In this document: positions 59,125-64,000 of the stretch, in pieces | Position numbering within the stretch: the first letter of the stretch is position 1 | Layout: each line of letters opens with the position of its first letter | DNA from: an uncultured delta proteobacterium | GTDB lineage: Bacteria > Myxococcota_A > Polyangia > Fen-1088 | Reading direction: 5' to 3' | DNA length: 64,000 nt | Assembly: GCA_963767925.1 (NCBI GenBank) | Contig: CAVYGB010000002.1 | Span: 2,048,001 to 2,112,000 of the forward strand | Program-made: the position numbers and the translations under genes | Notes under the pieces: model-generated | Told to the model about the DNA's origin: nothing | Seen by the model: only the letters and a program-made list of their open reading frames with translations | Database searches by the model: none

Positions 59125-59814
59125 ATGGACGACCAGGCGCTGGCCGGTCCGGATCACATCGAATCCTGGCTGCGATCCCGGAGTGAGCCGGTGCTGCTGA
59201 TCGACGCCGGGGGTGTCATTTTCAACAACGTCATCGAGAGCTCCCCGTTCATGCTGGAGCTTGCGGTCAGATACCGAGTAGACGTCCAGGCGTTGCGGGC
59301 GGCCTACACCGCTCGCGACGTGTCCTTCGAGACCAACCTGGTGGGGGTGCATCGCGTCCTGTCAGATTGTCTGGAAGGCCTGGGGTGTGGCCCCCTGGAC
59401 CCCCCGGCCTTCGCGTGGATCGACGACCAGTACCGGGCGTCGGTGATCCCCGATCGCGGACTGCTCGCGGCGCTGAGATCGGCACGGGCGGCCGGTAAGA
59501 CCCTGGTCCTGGCCAACAACGAAGCGGAGGCCTGGGATCGAATCAAGGACCGAGCGTTCGGCCACTTCGACCTGTTCGATCACCTTGCTTGCTCCTGGCG
59601 GCTGGGGGCTTGCAAGCCCACTCCGGCGTATTTCGAGCAACTCGACAGGTTGCTCTACCCCCAGCCGCGTTTCAACTGGCACCTGCTGGATGACAATCCA
59701 GCGGTGGTCGCCCAGGCCCACGCGATGGGCGTGGGCGCCACCCGCTACCAGTCGCGACCGGGACCGGTTCGCCCGCAATCCCCAGGCGATTGCGAGGCTC
59801 GTTCGTATGGCTGA
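59125..59814 (+). CDS. HAD-superfamily phosphatase (YihX-like)
   Basis: Motif I LIDAGGVIF, LANN, SWRLGACKP, LLDDNP. Confidence 0.8.
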   Translation: MDDQALAGPDHIESWLRSRSEPVLLIDAGGVIFNNVIESSPFMLELAVRYRVDVQALRAAYTARDVSFETNLVGVHRVLSDCLEGLGCGPLDPPAFAWIDDQYRASVIPDRGLLAALRSARAAGKTLVLANNEAEAWDRIKDRAFGHFDLFDHLACSWRLGACKPTPAYFEQLDRLLYPQPRFNWHLLDDNPAVVAQAHAMGVGATRYQSRPGPVRPQSPGDCEARSYG

Positions 59815-60802
59815 GGGGCTCCACTCCGAGCGAACGCGGGGCTGGCGGACACGCCTCGAAGCGCGCCGGGCGGCCGAGCCACCCCCGCCCATGCCCACGC
59901 GGGAGCAGATAGGCGCGGTCATCGCCCGGCACCGCCTCGACATTCAGGGAGAGGACACAAGACCCCTGCCTGCGATCGGCACCGTCAACCGCGCCTTGGC
60001 CCTCGGGCAGCGGTACGTGTTGCGGATCCCCAAGCCCACCGGCGCTGCGGAGACGCGCACCGAATCGGTCGCCGCTCCTGCCGCGAAGGCGGCGGGCCTG
60101 GCTACGCCGGCCCTGCTCGTCTACGACGATGCCTGCGACATCTTCACGGTGCCGTACACGGTCTTCGAGCGGGTCGAGGGCGAAAATTTCGGCCTATTCG
60201 ACCTGGAGTCCGGCGTGTCGGCGCAGATCTATGAGAGCCTCGGCCGGCAACTCGCTACCCTGCACCAGGCGGTCATGCACTGCCCGGACCCGCTGGGCTA
60301 TCTGGCCCGACCACAGCGAGCGGACCCGGTGGACCTCCTCGAACACCTGGGGTCCGAGGCGTTCCTCAGCCGCCACAACCTCGCCTGGCTGTCGCGCGTG
60401 ATCGCGCGCTTACGACCGGCAGTCGCCGAGGCCGCTCCCTACAGACGTTTTCTGCACAACGACCTGCTCGCGACCAACGTTCTGGTCCGCGACGGGAAGC
60501 TCGCGGCGATCATCGATTGGAATGCGGCCGGGTGGGGTGACCCGGCGCTCGAGTTCTGGGCGTTTCCCAGTCGCATCTTCCCCTGCGTCCTGGAGGGTTA
60601 CCAGCAGGTGGCCGGCATCGACGGAGCCGAGACACTGCCCGAGCGGATCCTCTGGGATCACCTCTGCCTGGCTCTGGAATCCCTGCTCGCCCCGCCCGAG
60701 AAGGGAAATCTCAGCTGGGGAACGCCGCCCTTCGCCCGTCTGGTCGAGATCCTGGCGATGGCGGCCCAGTATCAACCCTGGCAGTTGCTCCTCCGCCCGT
60801 GA
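59807..60802 (+). CDS. Aminoglycoside phosphotransferase (APH)-family kinase
   Basis: GTVN, YVLRIP, VFERVEG, FLHNDLLATNVL (HxDxxxxN), IIDW..AGWGDPALE. Confidence 0.85.
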   Translation: MAEGLHSERTRGWRTRLEARRAAEPPPPMPTREQIGAVIARHRLDIQGEDTRPLPAIGTVNRALALGQRYVLRIPKPTGAAETRTESVAAPAAKAAGLATPALLVYDDACDIFTVPYTVFERVEGENFGLFDLESGVSAQIYESLGRQLATLHQAVMHCPDPLGYLARPQRADPVDLLEHLGSEAFLSRHNLAWLSRVIARLRPAVAEAAPYRRFLHNDLLATNVLVRDGKLAAIIDWNAAGWGDPALEFWAFPSRIFPCVLEGYQQVAGIDGAETLPERILWDHLCLALESLLAPPEKGNLSWGTPPFARLVEILAMAAQYQPWQLLLRP

Positions 60803-61938
60803 CCGCCACGATGTCCCCTCGCGCGGCGCAGCCCTCGTCCCGGCCCCCGCCCTCGGCGGCGGACGCTAGGAGGTCGACGGGAAGGCCCCACATTCACCTG
60901 ATCAATTCGCTGCAGGGCCTGGGGGGCAGCGAGCTGCGGACGATAGACCTTTACCGCGAGCTAGGGAAAGAGGCCGACGTCGAGCTATGGAGCGAACAGG
61001 TCCCCGGCGCAGCCTTCGCCGATCTGCCTATCCGGCAACTCGACGCCGACCGGGGCTGGTTCCCACGGGACGGGACCCTGCTGTTCGTCGGTGTCTATTA
61101 CGCTCCGGTCGGTCCCTGGATCCGGTACGCCGCTGCCAGCCGGGTGATCATCGTTTACAATACCTTTGCCATAGCCAAGCTGGCCGGGCTGGTCAACCAG
61201 GTGCGGGCGGCCGGCTTGCCAGCTCCGGAGATCGTCTACACCTCGACTCTGGTGCGAACGACGGTCGAGAAGCCCGAGCGGTTCGCCGCCGCACCGCCCG
61301 ATCTGCTCGAAGCCTGCGCCGCTCTCCGGAATAGTATCGCTCCCCGGAGCGTCGTTCACCCATCGCCGATCGCCATCGATCGGTTTCTCGCCATTCCCCG
61401 CCGCGAGCGTCAGCCGGGCGCACCCCTGGTGGTGGGCCGCCACTCGCGCGATACCCTCGAGAAGTTTCACTCCGATGACCCGTCCTTGTTTCGCCGCCTG
61501 GCCGAGCAGGGCTTGCGCGTGCGGTTGATGGGCGCAACCTGCCTCGCCGATGAGATCGGCTCGACGCCCGGCATCGAGATCCTCCCCGTCGGCGCCGAGT
61601 CCCCGACCGAATTTCTCGCCAGCCTCGATGTGTTTCTGTATCGCGTCTCCTACGAGCGCTGGCTCGAGGCCCTGGGCCGGGTGATCCTCGAGGCCATGGC
61701 GGCTGGCCTCCCTTGCGTCTGCGAGCAGCGGGGCGGTCACGTCGAGCTCATCGAGCAAGGCACCAACGGCTTGCTGTTCCACCCTGCTCGCAGCGCCGAC
61801 GCGATCGCCATCATCGAGTACCTCCGCGACCACCCGGCGATAGGTCCCGCAGTTGGGGCAGCGGCCCGGCAGACGATCCGCGACCTCTACAGCCCCGCAC
61901 GTCGTCGGGAGACCCTGTCGTTCTATCTCGGCGGATGA
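60799..61938 (+). CDS. Glycosyltransferase family 4
   Basis: GGSELR, VGRHSRD..EK, EALGRVILEAMAAGLP, GTNGLL. Confidence 0.85.
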   Translation: MTATMSPRAAQPSSRPPPSAADARRSTGRPHIHLINSLQGLGGSELRTIDLYRELGKEADVELWSEQVPGAAFADLPIRQLDADRGWFPRDGTLLFVGVYYAPVGPWIRYAAASRVIIVYNTFAIAKLAGLVNQVRAAGLPAPEIVYTSTLVRTTVEKPERFAAAPPDLLEACAALRNSIAPRSVVHPSPIAIDRFLAIPRRERQPGAPLVVGRHSRDTLEKFHSDDPSLFRRLAEQGLRVRLMGATCLADEIGSTPGIEILPVGAESPTEFLASLDVFLYRVSYERWLEALGRVILEAMAAGLPCVCEQRGGHVELIEQGTNGLLFHPARSADAIAIIEYLRDHPAIGPAVGAAARQTIRDLYSPARRRETLSFYLGG

Positions 61939-62024
61939 AGCGGCGCCGAATGCCGCATTTTAGGACATGGCTGCACCCACTCGCGTCTCCTAGTGTTGAA
62001 GAAGTCAGGTGTTTTGGCGCTAGG

Positions 62025-62049
62025 CGGGCCCGAGCGAAGCGAGGGAACC
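62025..62049. repeat. Short dispersed repeat, copy 2 (MITE/REP-like)
   Basis: CGGGCCCGAGCGAAGCGAGGGAACC, the reverse complement of 16063-16087 with one mismatch. Confidence 0.55.
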
Positions 62050-62118
62050 GAATACTTCGAAAACAGTCCTTAGCCTGTTCGGCACCGACACCTGTTCGTC
62101 CTCGATCCGGAGGTGCCG

Positions 62119-62298
62119 ATGTCTTCCAGCCAGCAGAAATCGTCGCGGCAGCCCCCGACGACCGGGGAGCCGCGAGCGGAACCGCAAGACCAGAGCGGAT
62201 CCGGTTCAGGGAATGCTACCGAGCCTTCTGAGCGGCGGCTCAAGGAGACGCTGGAGAAGCTGAAGAAGGAGGACCCCAACATCTATCCGATCTTCTAG
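62119..62298 (+). CDS. Small protein ending LEKLKKEDPNIYPIF
   Basis: GGAGG before ATG. Polar, disordered N-terminus and a helical basic C-terminus with a DP.IY motif. Confidence 0.7.
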   Translation: MSSSQQKSSRQPPTTGEPRAEPQDQSGSGSGNATEPSERRLKETLEKLKKEDPNIYPIF

Positions 62299-62306
62299 GG
62301 TCCCTG

Positions 62307-63176
62307 ATGAGCATGAGTCCCCCAGTTTCACTGCGCCCCTACGACGGCGGTAGCCTCCCCATGCCGGCCAACGCCGGCAAGAGCTTCGATCGATATGGAG
62401 TCGATCAGAGCGGCCGGGTGACCTACTCGTTCAACGGACTGGGTTTCCGGAGCGAGGAGTACGCGCCTCGGGCGGCCCGCCACATCTTCGTCGCCGGGTG
62501 CAGTCACAGCTTTGGCCTGGGCATCCCGCTCGCGCAGTCATGGCCCAACTGCTTTCGCGCGTTGTATTGCCAGCGTCATGGTCTGCGCGAGGAGCAAGTG
62601 AATCTCCTGAACTTCTCGTCCGTGGGCGCGTCCAACCGCTATATCACGCGGACCATCCTGGCCCAATGCGAACGCAGGCGACCGGACCTGGCGTTGGTTC
62701 AGCTCACCCACAAGAACCGGATGGAGAACGTCATCGAGGGGCGGGGCTTCAATATTCTCCCCACGATACTCCGATCGGACAACCGGGCCACCTTCAGCAT
62801 GGGTGAAACGCAGGAAGTCCTTTTCACTCGCTTGCGAGAAGCCGCCCGGAGCTACTACGGCTTTTATACGGACGAGTTCGGGGGAATGGAGCTTCTGCTC
62901 AACCTTCTGCTGGTGCAACGGTACTTCGCCCATCGTCAGATTCCCTGCGTCTTCCTGTGCATCGACCCCCTTCCCGAGGTCCCGCTCCTGCGCCCCCTGG
63001 TCGAGATGGTCGACCATTCCTGCCTGAAGACCTTGCCGGGACCGATCTTCGAGTGCCTCGAGGACGTCGGAACCGTGGACCTGCATCCGGGGGCCCGCAC
63101 CTCCGCCCGGCTCGCGGCAGAGCTCTTCGAGGTCTACCAGCGCGTGCAAGGCGGATCGCCTGGCGTGTCCGCATGA
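62307..63176 (+). CDS. SGNH/GDSL-like hydrolase or acyltransferase
   Basis: NGLGFRSEE, AGCSHSFG (block I), NFSSVGASN (block II), DLHPG (DxH). Confidence 0.75.
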   Translation: MSMSPPVSLRPYDGGSLPMPANAGKSFDRYGVDQSGRVTYSFNGLGFRSEEYAPRAARHIFVAGCSHSFGLGIPLAQSWPNCFRALYCQRHGLREEQVNLLNFSSVGASNRYITRTILAQCERRRPDLALVQLTHKNRMENVIEGRGFNILPTILRSDNRATFSMGETQEVLFTRLREAARSYYGFYTDEFGGMELLLNLLLVQRYFAHRQIPCVFLCIDPLPEVPLLRPLVEMVDHSCLKTLPGPIFECLEDVGTVDLHPGARTSARLAAELFEVYQRVQGGSPGVSA

Positions 63177-64000
63177 CGGCGAGAGCTGTCATCCGGGAAG
63201 TTCTCTGGACCATCTTCTACTTCGGTATCGTCACCCCGATCGGTCTGCTCTGGCGGACGCTGATTCGACGTGATCCGCTCCACCTGCGCCGCTCCCGCTC
63301 ATCGACCTACTGGCGCAGCCGCCCGGCCAGCCTCGGCGGCGGCGTCCAGCGCGTGGTCCGGGTGCCAATCCGGTTGCAGCGGCGGGCCCGACGCGGGTGC
63401 GTTCTCGGGATATCGGCCTACTACCACGACAGCGGCGCCGCCCTGGTGATGGACGGTCAGGTGCGAGCCGCCGCTCAGGAGGAGCGTTTCACCAGGAAGC
63501 GGCACGACGCCAGCTTCCCTCACCGGGCCCTCTCGTATTGTCTTCAAGAAGCGGGGATCCAGCTGGCGGACGTCGACCAGGTCGTCTTCTACGAGAAGCC
63601 GATGCTGAAGCTCAACCGCCTGGCCGTGACCCATCTGGCGATCGCCCCACGGGGTCGGGAGTCCTTCCTCGCCGCGGCGCCGCTGTGGCTGGGGAGCAAG
63701 ATGTTCCAGCAACGGACCATCGGGCGCGAGCTAAGGCGCCTGGAGCCCAGCTTCGACGTGAAGCGACGACTGGTCTTCGTCGAGCACCATGCCAGCCACG
63801 CGGCCAGCGCATTCTTCCCGTCCCCCTTTTCCGAGGCCGCCATCTTGACCATGGACGGCGTGGGCGAGTGGGCTACCACGACCGCCGCTGTGGGGCGTGG
63901 CAATCAGATCGAATTTCTGGAGGAGATTCGTTTCCCGCACTCCCTCGGGCTCTTGTTCTCCGCCTTCACGGCCTACACGGGCTTCCGGGTGAACTCCGGA
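63173..64000 (+). CDS. SxtJ-like membrane segment fused in frame to a NodU/CmcH-family O-carbamoyltransferase (3'-truncated by the window)
   Basis: Translated by hand with no stop: IFYFGIVTPIGLLWR...DPLHLRR...STYW, then VLGISAYYHDS, AAQEERFTRKRHD, FYEKP, EHHASHAASAFFPSPF, LTMDGVGEW, FPHSLGL, GFRVNSG. Confidence 0.9.
   Translation, partial: MTARAVIREVLWTIFYFGIVTPIGLLWRTLIRRDPLHLRRSRSSTYWRSRPASLGGGVQRVVRVPIRLQRRARRGCVLGISAYYHDSGAALVMDGQVRAAAQEERFTRKRHDASFPHRALSYCLQEAGIQLADVDQVVFYEKPMLKLNRLAVTHLAIAPRGRESFLAAAPLWLGSKMFQQRTIGRELRRLEPSFDVKRRLVFVEHHASHAASAFFPSPFSEAAILTMDGVGEWATTTAAVGRGNQIEFLEEIRFPHSLGLLFSAFTAYTGFRVNSG

Noticed and set aside
62119..64000. Saxitoxin gene cluster
   Set aside because: Only SxtI/J/K-like components are seen, and these are widespread. 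No SxtA, SxtG or other core genes are in the window.

Overview
This is very GC-rich bacterial DNA, most likely from a myxobacterium (Myxococcota). That is inferred from the eukaryote-like Ser/Thr kinases, a giant Cys-rich surface lipoprotein, an M36 protease and a caspase-family fragment. Several conserved genes (HelD-like helicase, ppc, pfkA, the giant lipoprotein, one kinase) carry single-base frameshifts that look like long-read assembly errors. The first ~49 kb is chromosomal backbone. It holds an ArnT-like GT-C, two paralogous STAND-type ATPase regulators next to detox genes (alpha/beta hydrolase, OsmC, secreted double AhpD/CMD, SnoaL-like), an exopolysaccharide locus with an RsbW/STAS pair, a kinase-TPR-lipoprotein module, pfkA-ppc and several kinds of intergenic repeat. 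After a scar of pseudogenes at ~49-50.5 kb, a compositionally distinct, tightly coupled operon runs off the right end. It encodes a toroid-like protein, GT4, GT8, a caspase/gingipain-fold protein, a class III aminotransferase, an aldo-keto reductase, an Fe/2OG enzyme with an HxG motif, a HAD phosphatase, an APH-family kinase, a second GT4, a small peptide, an SGNH-like protein and an SxtJ-like/carbamoyltransferase fusion. This looks like an undescribed amino-sugar or pseudo-oligosaccharide pathway and is the most interesting system in the window. I recognised no rRNA, tRNA or CRISPR array.
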